Shown here piece after piece: positions 35,335 to 51,000 of a stretch of 64,000 nt of DNA. Position 1 is the stretch's first letter; the number at the start of each line of letters is the position of its first letter. The notes beneath the pieces were generated by a model. That model was not told where the DNA came from. It did not search any database and saw only the letters and a program-made list of their open reading frames with translations. Origin of the DNA: the human T2T-CHM13v2.0 reference genome, Homo sapiens; the NCBI RefSeq assembly GCF_009914755.1, contig NC_060935.1; one strand, given 5' to 3'. A program made the translations under genes and the position numbers.

Positions 35335-37505
35335 TTATGTCATCTGCAAATTGAGACAATTTAACTTCTTCCATTACAGTTTGGATACCTTTATTTCTCT
35401 TGCCTAATTGCTCCATCTAGGACTTCATATAGTACTTTGTTGATTAGAAGTGGCAAAAGGGAATCCTGGTTTTTACCCTGATCTTAGAGGAAAAAAATTC
35501 AAATTTTTATCTTTGAATATCTTAGCTGTGGGTTTGTCATATGGCCTTTAATTGTGTTGAGGTACATTCCTTCTATACATTATTTGTTGAGAGTGTTTAA
35601 TCACGACAGAATGTTGAATTTTGTTAATAACAGATGCAGAAAAAAATATTTAACAAAATGTTAGTTCATTTTGTTAATATGATCACATTTATTGATGTAT
35701 AAAACCTGAATCATTTAAAAATCAATAAATGTGACAGACCATATGAATCATCTTTGCAGTTCTGGAATAACTTCCACTTGATCCTGGTGAGTGATCCATT
35801 TAATGTGCTCTTGAATTCAATTTGCTGGAATTTTGTTGAGAATTTTTCACACCCATGTGTATGAGGGATATTGGCCTATAATTTTATTTTCTTGTAGTGT
35901 TCTTGTCTAGCTTTTGATTTCAGGATAATACTGGCCCTGTAAAATAAGCTTTAAAATGCTTATTCTTTTCCAGTTTTTGGAAGAGTTTGAAAAGGATTTG
36001 TATTAGTTTTATTGTTTAAATGTTCAGTAGAATTCAGCAGTGAAGCTATCAGGTCCTGGGCTTGTCTTTGATGGGAGACCTTTTATTACTGATTCAATCA
36101 CCTTAACCATTATTACTATGTTTATATTTCCTATTCCTTCATGATTTATTCTTGGTAGTTTTTTAGGTGTCTAAGAATGTATCCATTTGTTCTTCTAGGT
36201 TTCTCAATTTGTTGGCATGTAATTGTCCATAGTAGTCTCTTATGACCATTTGTATTTCTTTTATATGAGTTGTAATGTCTCCTGTTTCATATCTGATTTT
36301 ATTTGAGTATTCTTTTTGATTAGGCAGATGGAGGTTTGTTAATTTTATCTTTTCAAAAAACAAACTCAGTTTTGTTGACCATTTTTAGTGTTTTTCTAGT
36401 ATATTATTCTTTTTCCAGGTCCTTAAGGTATAAAATTAGGTTATTTGTAACATTTTCTTTCATTTTTGATATAGTCATTTATTGCTATAAACTTCACTTT
36501 TATAACTACTTTTGTTGCTTGCTATAATAAATTGTGGTATGTTTTGTTTCACTTTAATTTTTCTCAATATTTCTTTTAAATTCTTGATTTCTTTTTTGAC
36601 CCATTCATTTTTCAGGAGTATGTTTAATTTGTATGTTTTGTACGTTTTCTGAAATCCTCCTGTTACAAATTTCTACTTTCATATCATCGTGGTCAGAAAA
36701 GATACTTTATTTCAATCTTCTTAAACATGTTAAAACTATTTTTGTAGCACAATCCCATTTGCGCTTGAGAAAAACATGCATTTTATAGCTGTTGAGTAAA
36801 CTATTCTGTATGCCTCTTAGGTCTGTTTGATCTGAAGTGTAGTTTAAGTTGAATATTTCCTCATTGATTTTCTATCTGGATAATCTTTCTATTGCTAAAG
36901 GTAAGTTGTTGTGTTCCCTACTAGTATTAATTAGTGTGTCAAAAGCCTATCTCTCTATTCATATCTATTAATATTTGCTTTATATATTTAGGTGCTTCAA
37001 TGCTGGATGCATATTTTTAATTGTTATATCCTCTTGATGAACTTTCTCATTAAGTGACTGTCTCTTTTTACAATTTTGACTTTTAGTATAATTTTTCTGA
37101 TATAAAGATAGCTATCTCTCCTCTACTTTGGTTTCTAATTGTATGGAATATATTTTCCCATCCCTTAACTTTCAGTCTGTGTGTTTTTAAAGATGATGTG
37201 ACCCTCTTAGAGATTTTTAGTTGGATCATGTTTTTAATGCATTCATTCACTCTATGTCTTTTGATTGAACAATTAAATCTATTTACATTTAAGGTAATTT
37301 TTGCTAGGTAAGAACTTACCTTTGCCATTTTAATTACTGTCTGGTTGTTTTGTAGGTTCTTTGTTCCTTTATCTCTCTCTTACTTTCTTCCTGTGTGATC
37401 AAATAATTTTCTCCAGTAGCATGCTTTGATTCCTTACTTTTAATCTTTTTGTGTCCACTATATGTTCTTGCTTTGTGGTTACCATATGGCTTAAATCAAA
37501 CATTG
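34222..37505 (-). mobile_element. Old L1M (L1MA/MB-type) ORF2 region with internal deletions
   Basis: Minus-strand remnants EEVKLSQFADDII (RT motif) and ITLNVNRFNCSIKRHRV (EN start). Confidence 0.9.
35284..35332. repeat. (TG)n microsatellite within L1
   Basis: Read directly. Confidence 0.95.
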
Positions 37506-37879
37506 TAGAGCTATTTCAGTAATTTGAGGATCCAGCATCCCAACTTTTGGGAAAGTGTCCCCCCAAAGTATTTCTGATGTGACTTAAGTTTCATGTGATT
37601 TATGTACTTTTATTTCTGTTCTCGCCTCAGCTAAACCTTGTAGGGCCACAACTGTGGCCACTTGGTTTTACAGTCCATTGCCAGCATCAACTGTGAAAGG
37701 ATCCATAACTACAATGAGCCAGGATGTTATGTCCCTAGGAGAAGCAGCAGCCTTAAACCATTATTTACACTAAATTGGGATATAAATATTCCAGATCACT
37801 CACATCTTGGTGGCTTTTTTTTTCTGTTGTAGAATTAAGCTTCATTTGCTTTCATTGTTTACATAAACGCATGTCATTT

Positions 37880-37995
37880 ATCGGTTATTTATTCTTTTCT
37901 TATCTCATTTTGGAGTTTTCTCTGCCTCCCTTATACTACTTGCACTCAAAGCTTTCTCAGTGTCTGTTTCTGGGAGAACCCTAAATAAGATACAT
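37880..37995 (+). mobile_element. LTR16-like ERVL LTR 3' end
   Basis: CTTGCACTCAAAGCTTTCTCAGTGTCTGTTTCTGGGAGAACCCTAAATAAGATACA. Confidence 0.45.
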
Positions 37996-40420
37996 ATTTG
38001 GCTAGGTGATCTCAATGGCCATATCCAGTACTCTTTGTAAATGGCCTAAAGATCTCAAGATAATATGTCTGATAACCACAGGCCATAAGTTTTTATCAGT
38101 CTGTCTGACTTAAAATAATCATCTACAAATGTTTTTCTGCATTAAATTAATTTTCCTAGAGAATTATACCAATAGATGTTTGAAAACAAAAAGTAATGAA
38201 GCCTGTAATCTTCATATTTGGAAAAGACAATGGAAATTTAGAATTTAACCAAGCATCCTAGTTGTGTGTCCGCTGCCTTCTTGATTGGCCAATTGCTGCT
38301 TTTTATCTCCTCCATGGCACTTGCCTTCAGTAACTTAACCTCTCAGTACTGTTCTCTGTCCTCTTCTTTTAGTTTGAACAATACTTATAAAATATTAATT
38401 CCTTAAATTCTTGAGTTTCACCTGCAATGCTGATAATTAAAAGCTCTCTACCTTTAATAATACTGTCAATTTTAAGATTTTGCTTAACACTGATAAAAAT
38501 TTTATATATATTTTCATTTCATATTTATGTAAAAAATGTTATTGTATTTCATTTTGCATATTAGGTAACAGGCTCAAATAAATTAAGTAGCATTTCCTCA
38601 AATCACCTGGCCATAAGTGATAGAGTCAGGTTTCAAACTGAAACATATATAATTCTAAAACCTAGAGTATTTATTATATTACACCTCTTCTCCCTAAAAG
38701 TGAATATGCTCATGCACATATAAACAGAGTTAAGAATAACATGTAACACTTCATTGTAAGTACTTGTATCTTTGTAAGTTTTTATGAGTACACCCACTGA
38801 AGGAATGTCCCAGTTTTCTCTGTCAAAAATTCATTTTTTATGAATTATGTTTAATTGGGCCACTTATTTAACTTCTGTAGATCTCATAACAATAAAACAA
38901 AATGGAGGGTAAAATATTACCCAATTAATGCCGTTGTTCTAAAGATCCAATTAAATAATAAACCTAAAGGACTTGACATGGTTACCAAAGCACAATATAT
39001 CATCCAAACTAGAAAAGTTTATTTATAATGTGAATAAAATATTTTTTAATGGTAAAATCACAGATGCTTTGAAAAGACAGGGAGAGTGAGCTATAAAGTT
39101 AGGTAATTCTATTTCTAGAATATGGAATAATAATCTCCTATTTTCCTTGTTTAAGAAAATTTAAACTTTCTTGGAGATATTTTCAGAAATTCTTTCATGA
39201 ATGCCTTTGATGGATAGGTCATATGCTGATTCTGTGGGAACAACATTCCCTTGGGATATACAAGCCCTCAGAGAATAGTGTATTATAAATAAATTGAAAT
39301 GTTTGAGCCAATTAAAATTAGAAACTAAAATAGTATTCATGACGTTGCATGAAACAAAGGAGTGTTTTTAAGGCTAGATCTACTCCACACTTTTGCTAAA
39401 AATCATTTTGGTTCTAGTGGCAAATGCAGAAAGAATTATTAACAGTTTTTTGGTGATGCATTTGACACTGAAATCATAACCATAGAAAAGTGTAAATAAG
39501 GTAAAAATATCCACTTACAAAATTGTTCTTCCAGGGTAGAGTTTGGGGAAGTATTTAAGAAAATCAAACTTGACCTCAAATAGAAAATGGTTTAGAGAAG
39601 GCATTGCATTTTTTATCTTATGCTTTGGAAACATTACAACTGTGCCGTTCATAAATTTACTTACATTTTGCATCTGTCTAAAATTTCAGAGATCTGTCCT
39701 GTCAGATTCTACTCATTCTCCCAAGATGAACACTGAATTGGGGATAACTATCATCTGGAAAGCAAATGACACATTACTTTTCCCAGAGTCACTGCTAGAT
39801 TGAAGGTGAATGTAACATGGGTAGGTTGAACAGGCAAGCATTTCATCTCTGACTATTCAGTGCCCCTGATTGAATTGTTGTCTTTCATCTCATCCATTCG
39901 GCATATTTTGATTGTAAAATAAGGTCACAGATCTGGTTGGTTTTTTTTTTTTTGTAACTCAACTGAATTAAGTTAGTGTGTTGCAAATATCGCAGTGTAG
40001 TACAATGTGACCTCAGGTCAAGAACCCCAGCTCTGTTTATTATATAAGAGAGGAGGATGCTTCCAAGCTCCTTCACAAAGATTCCCTAAGAAATACTTGC
40101 TGGGAAGTCTGCACTGTGGAGAGAGTTTCCAGTCTTATTACTCTCAGAGCTTTAAGTGTGTATATGGAGAAGAATGGATGAGTAAAGTTAAGAGTTGTTC
40201 TCTCATTCCTAGATAACCACACTAAGCAAATAATTTACTTCCTTCTACTAGAAAAGAGGAGGGGGTGGGATAGGGAGAGAATAAGGTATGGAGAAGTAAA
40301 ACAAAAAGGAAGAGATAGGGTGCTCTGAGGTAGAATCAAGGCATCCCAAAGCTGCATAAATCCCCTCCTCAATTCCATGGTTTCTAGCATTGTTGTATAT
40401 TAGCTAAATTAATTAGACAC

Positions 40421-40875
40421 TGAGAGATTAATTATCAAAGGAACAATGAACAGCAATGACCAGACCATATAGAAATATAGAACACTGACCTACAACCTGC
40501 AGCAGGAAACAACCCAAAAAGCCAAACCACAACCTTTGAAGAAATCTACCCCAAATGAACAAAACTTAGTAACTGTCAACTTCCCTAATTTTTTCCCCTG
40601 CTACTAACTTAGAACTAAGCAAATATGCTCCCCTAAACAAGTATATATCATTGCTGCATCCAGTTAGCCAGGCTCCCAATTTCACCATGCAAAAAACCTC
40701 TCATGGGTGCATACATGAAGCCTTCCTTTTTTTCCACTATAAACTTTTGCAATTCCCCTGCCTGCCTTTGAGCTTCTGCTGAGTGATGGTGGCTGACACC
40801 TTTGCTAATCAAACGCTGAATAAATATCCTTTGCTATCATTTACTCCTACATTTGGGAGGTATCTATTTCTGCAA
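40421..40875 (+). mobile_element. MER90-like ERV1 solo LTR
   Basis: GCAATGACCAGACCATATAGAAATATAGAACACTGACCTACAACCTGCAGC, with TATAAA and AATAAA in LTR order. Confidence 0.6.
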
Positions 40876-41264
40876 CTTTCATTTGGGTGATATTCATTTC
40901 ATTTGTATAGTACCTTTGCTGAAAAGTGTCCTTGATCTTAGCTATCAACACAATTTTACCAGGGACTAAGCTTCACTGTAAAAGAACATGAAATTTTATT
41001 AATTCTTTTGGAAACAAACAAAAACAAAGTTTTGCAAAGTTTTACTTTGGGATTTGATGTCTCACTGCCAGTTACCGTGATAATTCTTTAATACTCAAGA
41101 CCTGTCTGGAAGATAAATATTACTTATAACATTTTATGGAACTGAGGAACGCTAAGTAACTTTACTATGATTGGCTTATGTTTTAGAAAGTTGATATTTG
41201 GCAGAGCTAATATTTGAACGTACTTCTAATTGACTCTAGAGAGCCCAGGGTTAAATTACTTAAG

Positions 41265-41490
41265 AAGGCAATATAGCACAGTGATTAGGAGATAAATTCT
41301 GCAAGCCTGGATTGAATTTACTAGCTGTAGGTACTTGCACAAGTCAATCCCCCTCTTTTCACCTCAGTTTTCTTATCTGTAAAGTGAGAATAAAATAATT
41401 TCTACCATAAAGGAATGTTGTGCTAATTAACTTATCATATTTAAAGCACTTAGAATAGTGTGAGAATGTAGAAACTACTCAGTATTGGCA
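41265..41490 (+). mobile_element. MIR
   Basis: CCTCAGTTTTCTTATCTGTAAAGTGAGAATAA core; TAAAGCACTTAGAATAGTG. Confidence 0.8.
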
Positions 41491-42954
41491 ACTGTGAAGA
41501 AGAGGGAGGAGAAATCTGAAGAGGAGAGTGAGTAAAGGCACAGGAAATAACATTCTGCTTTTATTGTCTTCTTGTGGGTTAAGTTTTTACCTCTTGGTAC
41601 TAGGTGTACCTTAAACACATAAAAAAAAATGAATAGCATTTTTTAAACATTTGAGAAACAAGGTTATATTCATGGTGGGAAAGGTAGAGGCATTCTAATA
41701 AGCCTTACTTTTGATTTGTGTTTTATGCACTGGTCCTAATGCTTCCACTATCCTTGATTACTGTAATCAGCTTCTTTCCTATGGAACAAGTGTTGTAAGG
41801 TCTATTACAAAAGCTGAAGATGCATCTTCTTCAACTCTCTTCCAGATCTAGGGAATTTCTTTATTTTTTCCTAGGGGAGTGCTGATGGGATTTGGGACAT
41901 TACCCAGCACAGGTACAATAGTTCTTCGTATTCTTAAACAGTTCGTTAAAAGGGTAAAAGAAAGGCTGTGCTTTTATCCTAGTTTTCCAAACTGATTCCC
42001 CCATATGTATTCTGCTACCTTGCACACCAGCTAGGTGAACATTTAGAGGCATATACTCTAACACACTGTTGTGGTTCAGATTCTGTGAAAATTAAATTAC
42101 ATTTCTTAATTTGGAGTAAGAATATTTGAGCTTCAAAGAAATAATCAAAGAAAATAATTTGATTTTTCAAAATGTATTTCAAAACCCCTCTGTACTTCAG
42201 AGTATCAGTGTGAAGAAACAATAACAAAAATATTCTTTATATTGTTATTTCGTGTCATATTTAGGAAATCGGCCATTTTGTCTTCCTGTTTGTTTTAATA
42301 TCATGTCAGAAAACCCTCAGAGGTTTTCCTTCTCAAGTAACGAAAGCTTTAAAATGTCTTTAAAGAAACAAATGAAAAATGTATAATTCAGAAGCATGCT
42401 TTAATTATAAATCCAAAACCCTCCTAGTGTCTTGCCAGCAGATGTTTTAAGAGAACTTAGTCAATAAATTTGCTCATAATACCACGTGTTTCATAGATTT
42501 TCTGTGATAAGTTCTGAGAACAGTTGTTACCTTGGCAACTGAAAATTAGAACAGTAGTGAACAATTATTTCTATCTCAAGTGATCAAAACTGAAGTAAAC
42601 TATGAGTAGACAGGAAGCCACCTCACTGTATATAGAGGCTTCCTGGAAAAGGGAAGGAATTAGAGAATTAAGTTTTGGTAATGCTGCTTGCTTGCTTTGT
42701 GACTTTAAAGGAAATATTTAAACTTCTCCCATTTTAAATGAGAAAAAGTAATAATTAACTTGAAACATTGTTTTTATAATTATAGGATATAAAGAACACA
42801 TCATACTCATATGGTATATGCCAAACATGTCATCTAAGCACATTACAGCCATTCTCATATTGTCATCTTCATTATCAACTTTGATTCTTAGAATGTCCAT
42901 CTGCCTTGGGTGGATACATCTAATTATAACTACTAAGACAAATCTGATTCTAGC

Positions 42955-43912
<958 letters not shown>

Positions 43913-44126
43913 CTAGTTAACTGTAGAATTAGAAATCTCTGTAAAAAGAAATTTACTTTTGTAATTTGCATTACAGAAATCTACTCAGAAAAGAGGAGTT
44001 AACATTTATCAAGGCGTCTTTGTCAGGAAGTATATCATGAGGAGGTGTTATGATGCATTTTGGGAGTCTTTAGCTCTCTCAATAGTCCAATGTCAGTCAA
44101 CTCCAAAGGAAATATACAATCAAAGG

Positions 44127-44549
44127 TGAGATAAAAGAAAAACTTCAGCCGAATTTAAAGGAGTTTAATTGAGCAATGAATGATTTGCAAATCAGGCAGC
44201 CCCCAGAATCACAACAGATTCATGGAGACTCCAGTGCAGCCACGTGTTGGAAGATTTACAGAGAAAAAAAGGGGAAATGATGTACAAAAATCAGCAGTGA
44301 GGTACAGCAACAGCTGGATTGGTTACAGGTTGGTGTTTGCCTTATTTGAACACAGTTTTAACACTTAGCAGTCTGTGAGTGGTTGAAGTATGGCAGCTGG
44401 GAGTGGCCAAGACTCAGTTATTGTTACAGGCACATACTCCTAAGTTAGGTTTTCAATCTTGTCTATTAAGCTAGGTTACAGTTCATCCACATGGACTCAA
44501 ATATAGAAATACGGAGTCCTTCTCAGGCCATATTTAATTTGCTTTAACA
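44127..44549 (-). mobile_element. MER57A-like ERV1 solo LTR
   Basis: The minus strand starts TGTTAAAGCAAATTAAATATGGCCTGAGAAGGACTCCGTA. Confidence 0.88.
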
Positions 44550-44822
44550 AGGGTATAACAGCAATTCTAACAAAACAATGAACAGTCCATCTTCCAATCA
44601 GATTAATTTTGACACATCTCACACATTTAGAAATTTAGAGTTCATCCTGCCAGGTACTAGATATCCATCCACATTATTTAATTTAATCCTCACAACACTC
44701 CCATAAGTAGATAATACTCTGTAGAAGAGAAAATTACATTTGAAGTTAATAACTAGCTGTCCAAGAGCTATCAAACTAAAAGGGGTTAGACAATGACAAC
44801 TGATTAAACCAATGAAGATAAG

Positions 44823-45175
44823 TGTTATAGTTTGAATGTGTTCCCCAAAAGTTTTTGTGTTAGAAATTTGTTTGTTCTGCTGGCAGTGTTAAGACACAGG
44901 ATCTTTTTCATGAGACACTGACTCATGAAATCTCCACCTTCATGAATAAATTAATTCAGGAGTGAGTTAGTTATCTTGAGAGTTTGGCTCTTTTTTCCTC
45001 TCTATCTCCTGCTCTTGCTTTCACCTTTCACCCCTCAGCCACGGGATGACCCTTGTCAGATGCTAGTACCTTGCTGTTAGACTTCTCAGCTTCCAGAATT
45101 GTGAACCAAATAAACTATCATTTATAATTAACTCAGTCTGAGGTATTCTATTATAGCAGAAGATGGACAAAGACA
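44823..45175 (+). mobile_element. MLT1A/MST-type MaLR solo LTR
   Basis: TGTTATAGTTTGAATGTG...GGACAAAGACA with perfect 5-bp TSD ATAAG (44818-44822, 45176-45180). Confidence 0.85.
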
Positions 45176-45339
45176 ATAAGCAAAAACTGTGTTTTAGTTG
45201 TAGAGCTATGTGCATGGTACAATTATAATAGAATAATATTAGATTTTCAGTGAGACCATCAGAAAGTCTCAACAATGAATTTTAGATCACAGGCTACAAT
45301 GAAAGTTTTCTAGAGCCAATATAAAAACTCAGAATCCTT

Positions 45340-45580
45340 CAGTAACATGTGTTCAATTATCCGTATGTGCTGGGCACTGCTAAGTATTTCAAAGATATTA
45401 ATTTACTTTTCACACTGAGTGAAAATAGGAGTATTGTCATCTCCCACTTTATTCATGAGTAAATTGAAGCAGAGAAAGAAACTTGCCCAAGGGAACACAG
45501 CTAGTGAGAGATGGAGCTCGATCTGAAAACAGATGATTGAATTCCTCCTGCAACCCTATCTACCATGCAGTGTTACCTCC
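45340..45580 (-). mobile_element. MIR
   Basis: AACTTGCCCAAGGGAACACAGCTAGTGAGAGATGGAGC. Confidence 0.75.
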
Positions 45581-46124
45581 ACATCTCCCTGCTACACAGA
45601 ACAATAGTTTGCCTTAGGGGATGAGACATGAATATGGGGATAGTTTCAGCTATTTAGTGAGTGGTACTTTATACATCCACACAATTTATTAATTTGAGCT
45701 TTCCTAGATAGGTACTTAGGAGAAACAAAAACTTCCCATCCAAAATACGATATATAAGGAACAATACTTCCTTGCAAGAGCCGTTCTTCTGTAAGAATAG
45801 AAGAGATCTGAACTTCTATAATAGTTAATCAATGACTCAAGTTTAGCCAATTTGAACATCAGCAAATCCAACCCATCACATCTAACCAATGCCCTGGTCA
45901 CTGATATTCCAGTTAGGACTTACTGATGTTGCCGTACTGCAATAGATTTGGCATTATATTCCTCTGTCTTTTTTCCTTCACAGCACATAAAGACATGGAC
46001 ATGCATATACATACGTTAACATATAATGTTATTCCAAAATTAAATTATTATAGTTTATGTTACCTTTTATAAACAATTGATTTTTAAAATCATTTTTAGA
46101 AGGAAATTATTAATGGTCAATGGT

Positions 46125-46878
46125 TGTGTTGAAATAAAAAAAAAATGTATCTTATTTTTGATCTAGGTTCCTGGCTTCGAAAACCTCTGGAAATTTCTTA
46201 TTTTTTTCTTAATGATAAGTATCTTTTGTTAAAGAAGCCCCTTTTGACCACAAATGAAATAATACTAACTAGGGGACTCAAGAGGGGCCCTTAGATCATT
46301 TTACAGGATGGGCTGGCCACACCAGAAAAACTAAGTACATGACTGAAGGGTTGGAACTTTTAGCCTTAACCTCACTTCCGTCCACACCTCTGAGAAGGGA
46401 GAGGAATGAAAACTGAGCTCGATCACTTGACGAATCACATAGTAAGAACTCAGTAAAACTCTGGCCATCCAAAGCTCAAAGAGCTTTCCTGTTGGTGAGC
46501 ATATCAACATGCAGAGAAGGTGATACACTGATTCCATGGGGAGAGGGCACAGAAGCTCATCTGGAACCCTCTCAGACCTTAGTCTATGTGTCTCTTCAAT
46601 TTGGCTATTTCTTAGTTTTATCCTTTATAACAAAACTGGAATTGTCAGCATAGAGTTCTGTGAGTCATTCTAACATATTATTGAAATTGATGGTGTCATG
46701 AGAATTTCTGAATTTATAGCTGGTTGGTCAGAAATGTGGGTGCCCTTAAGACTTGCAACTGGCCCCTGAAGTGAGGGTAGTCTTGTAGAGGACTGAGCTC
46801 TTAAACCTGTGGAGTCTGATGCTAACTCTGGGTAGTGTCCGAATTGAATTAAATAACAGGACACTCATTGTCAGAAGC
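46125..46878 (+). mobile_element. MER21-family ERVL LTR
   Basis: GGGTTGGAACTTTTAGCC; GAGTTCTGTGAGTCATTCTA; GTGGAGTCTGATGCTAACTCTGGGTAGTGTC. The orientation is tentative. Confidence 0.78.
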
Positions 46879-47084
46879 TTGTCAAAGCAATGGTCAATAA
46901 CGAAATAATATGATACTCATGACAGACCCTCCCAAAATAAGTTTGAACATGAGAAAATGTGACAAAAGGAGAATATTTGAATTAGGTTACTCAAAAAGAC
47001 AAATCAAGGTGACTTTGGAAGAATGCATTTGCTTATGATTAAAACTCTTTTACACCTAAGAAACGTGACTCTACTTAGTCATGA

Positions 47085-47225
47085 ATTTTATTCACCAGAC
47101 TCGACTCAAAATGAATTGTGATTGTTTCCAAAATGAAACTTGTACTTTAAATATAAAAGTGTGCTATGTTTGAGAAAATTCCAAACGTTTTAGAAAATTC
47201 AAAATAATTTCTAAGGGAAAGGAGT
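47085..47225 (+). mobile_element. MARNA-like mariner remnant
   Basis: Translates YSPDSTQNEL*LFPK, a decayed mariner YSPDLAP.DF.LFPK motif. Confidence 0.55.
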
Positions 47226-47698
47226 TTAGGGACGAAAATGAATCTCCTGAGTACCTCAAAGCCAGCAGAAAATGCATCATGGATCATTAACTACTCACAG
47301 ATAATGAGAACAAAGCCACAGTCACTGCATTCAAGTGCTCTTTGCAGCTACTAGGGTCGTGCTGGCACATGCATGGCATATGGAGAGGTTGTACCTCTTA
47401 GTGGAGGTAATGGAGGTGAAGGGTTGACAATGAGTTCATTTAATCTCGATATAATCAAGTTCACTGCACTTTAAAAAAATCTGTTTCCAATCTTAAGGTA
47501 CTAAATCTAAATTACCCAAACAAGTGTACAAGTAGAGGAGAGAAACGGCAGCTTTCTCCGATGCTGAGAAAGCAACACCTTGTAAGTCTGGAAAGCACTC
47601 AGGCCATAGAAGAAGATGTGGTTACAAGTCACTACCACTTATTAGTAGTAAGATTTGTGCGGTCACTAAAACTGTAAAACCTCCAGTTTCTAATTGAT

Positions 47699-48011
<313 letters not shown>

Positions 48012-51000
48012 TTATACCTCACATGGTTTCAGGAGAATCAAGTGTAAGAAGCTCATAAAAGTGCTCTGTGATATGCAAAGCTCTCTATACAATTTTGACA
48101 TTTGTTATTTTTTTAATCCTCTTAATCACAAAATATTTTATGCTGTACCTATCAGATAGAATCAGGTAATAATAAACTTTCCAAGTTGAAAATAAGTGTA
48201 TTACTGACTTTGTATCAATTTTCAGGGAAAAAAATGTAAAAAAAAAAAAAACCCAGAGATGAGGACAAAAATACTGCACCCATCTCTGAAAATCTGACAT
48301 CACTTTTATATAATAAGAGAAAATATTAATAGTAAAACTATTTTAATCATTAAAAATAGTAAACATATTGATAGTAAAAAAGTAATATCATCTTATTCAA
48401 AATTGCAGTTTTTAAAATGTGAATGTTATCTGTGTCACTATATTTGTACCACATCAGTGATCCAGAATAAAAATTTATAAATAGCTATAAATAAACACTT
48501 TGGAGAATAAATTAGATTAGGAATACAAAGAAATATATTTCATCACTACCTTTGAGGTTAGTTTTGATAACATTTAATTTTTCTCTACCAAATTATTCAA
48601 CTAAAATATGAGATAATCATCTATGGTCAAATGATCTCAGACCCATTAAATCTTTAAAATTCTGTGATTTTTAGAATTTGTTTCTACAATCTAGATAATC
48701 ACGAGGCTAATATATTTGACATATGTATTCTGTTTTATTAGCATATAACATTTTATATCACTTTAACTCAAAAGCTGCATTCACGTCCATTTGATCCTTG
48801 AAATCAAGCCATTTTATTCCAAAATGATATCTATCTGAATTTGTATGAGCATTTAGTTCAAGGAAGTAGAACAAAATGGCCAGGAATCCAAAATTGGGGT
48901 TGTGAATTTTCACTAAATCTTGTCATTTATTTTAAATTCTTGACTATGGACCCCAGTCTCAGCCAATCTGAATAAATAAACTACTGGGCACCATCAGGAT
49001 CCTGTGCATTTCTGAAAATGAGTAAGTGTACCCTCATCACTCATTTTTTGAAACTAAACTAAAAATGCACATCGTAGCAGATTAGAAGAGTCATTTGTAC
49101 ACATAAGTAATGCAAGCATCTATGCACATCACTTTGCCTTCTGCTGAGTTTGATTTAAGGTGCTTTATTCTCAAGCTTTCAGTACAATGACTAAAGGGAA
49201 TCCTAAAATGCTCGGAGGGCTACACTCCTGGTTAGACTCTTAACCTTCTGCCTAGGATCTGATGGATAACTTGACATTTTAAAAGCATCCTTTTCAGTTC
49301 ACATTACTTGAAGCGAGATGTTCAAGGCCAGAGTAAATGAAAATAGATTCCACTTCTCTCTCAGATTCAGTGTTGGAAAGACTGTATGTTTCTCTCCCTT
49401 CTAGCAATAAATGATTAATGATCATCATCTGAGTACAAAAGACAAAGGAGAAATGTTAGCAAATGTAACTCACTATGACAATGTTTGAATCAGCTATGGC
49501 ATCTCAAGAGAGCTAGTAAAAGCATGTTTGAACACCTGCTTCTATTTTTCTATTTTTTAGGGGGGCAAATTAGGGTCAGAGCAATCCATAAAACTATTCT
49601 CACCATAGCTAATCCACAGGCATTTGCAGGCAGTCAACATCAGCAGCTCATATTTTCATGTTAGGGCAATAGCCCAAAGCATACATATAGCCCCCAGGGT
49701 TCCTATTACTGTTAACTGTGTTGCTAAAATTGTTTAGCAACAAATCAGAACAGGAAATTATAAAGTAAATCAATATAAAGTAAGATGCTATAAAGTAGAA
49801 AGTTTCTGTAACTTAAAAGTTGACCTATGAACAAGGAGCAAATTCTCAAAAGTTAATATGTTAACAATGATATAAATAAAACAATCTGACCTGGCCCACT
49901 GAAACATTGCAGGATTTCGATTAACATAGGAACACAAGGCCTCTTCAGAATAAAGTGAGATAAAATAACTCGTTCACAACATGTTGCAGAGATAAAATTG
50001 AAATTTAGGTTCTCTGACTACAACGTCAAAACTGTTACTGCCACAGCAATTTGCTTTCATCCAGGTATTAAGGATATAACAAGATGATCATATTTAAAGC
50101 ACTGGAATTAGACAAAGGGCATGACAAGGACAGGAATTCACAGAAATTCAAAGAAATCCAGAAATCACTGCAAGGGAAACAATGAGTCCAAAGTGGACAC
50201 AGCCATACTGACAGATGGTAGCTTTCCAGCTCAAAAACTAGATGAAATGAATCTGAAATAGAGGCCATAGTTGTGGAATTATAGGACAGATTGGTATCCC
50301 ATCTGGGCCACATATTTTGCTGGATAAGGTACTAATCCCAAGGCTGCTACTGGAGTCCAGGCAGGTAGGGCAGAATGTAAGTTGAGATGAGCAGTGAAAA
50401 GACCATAGTAGCACTGGGAGATGAGCTACATAGAAACAAAGGCAGAACCTGACAAAAGGAGATTGCTGCTTAAATGAAAATAATATGTCTCTAGAGACAG
50501 ATGTAACTTGGTCAAACTCTCTATGACTTTTTATGTGAGCTTGGGAAAGTGAATGTCTTTCATCTTCCTTATGTATATTTTCTTTTCTGTGATTCAGAGA
50601 TCATAATACTTACTTTGTTGGATTGTCATTAGGATTAAAGATAATAGAAGGAAAATGCTTAATTCAGTACCTCACACACAATAGGCACTCAATGAATTGT
50701 AGGAGTAGCTGTTTTTGTTACATCATTATTAGTGTCACATAAATTTGCATGATCTAGAGAATAGAGAAGCATAAAACATTAAGTTCTGATAGCTAAATAA
50801 ATATTTGTATGCTGAGGGGAGGGAATTGGATCAAGTTAAAAAAATGGAGGGATCAATAAAAGCAAATTTTCATAATTCTTAGACAAGGGGAAGAAATTCC
50901 ATTTTGTTTGGAGGAATAAAAACCACTAACTGGGAAAGAGATCCTGTATTAAGTGATGACCTGTTATTTACAATATCAAAGATTCTGTTGTTTCCACATT

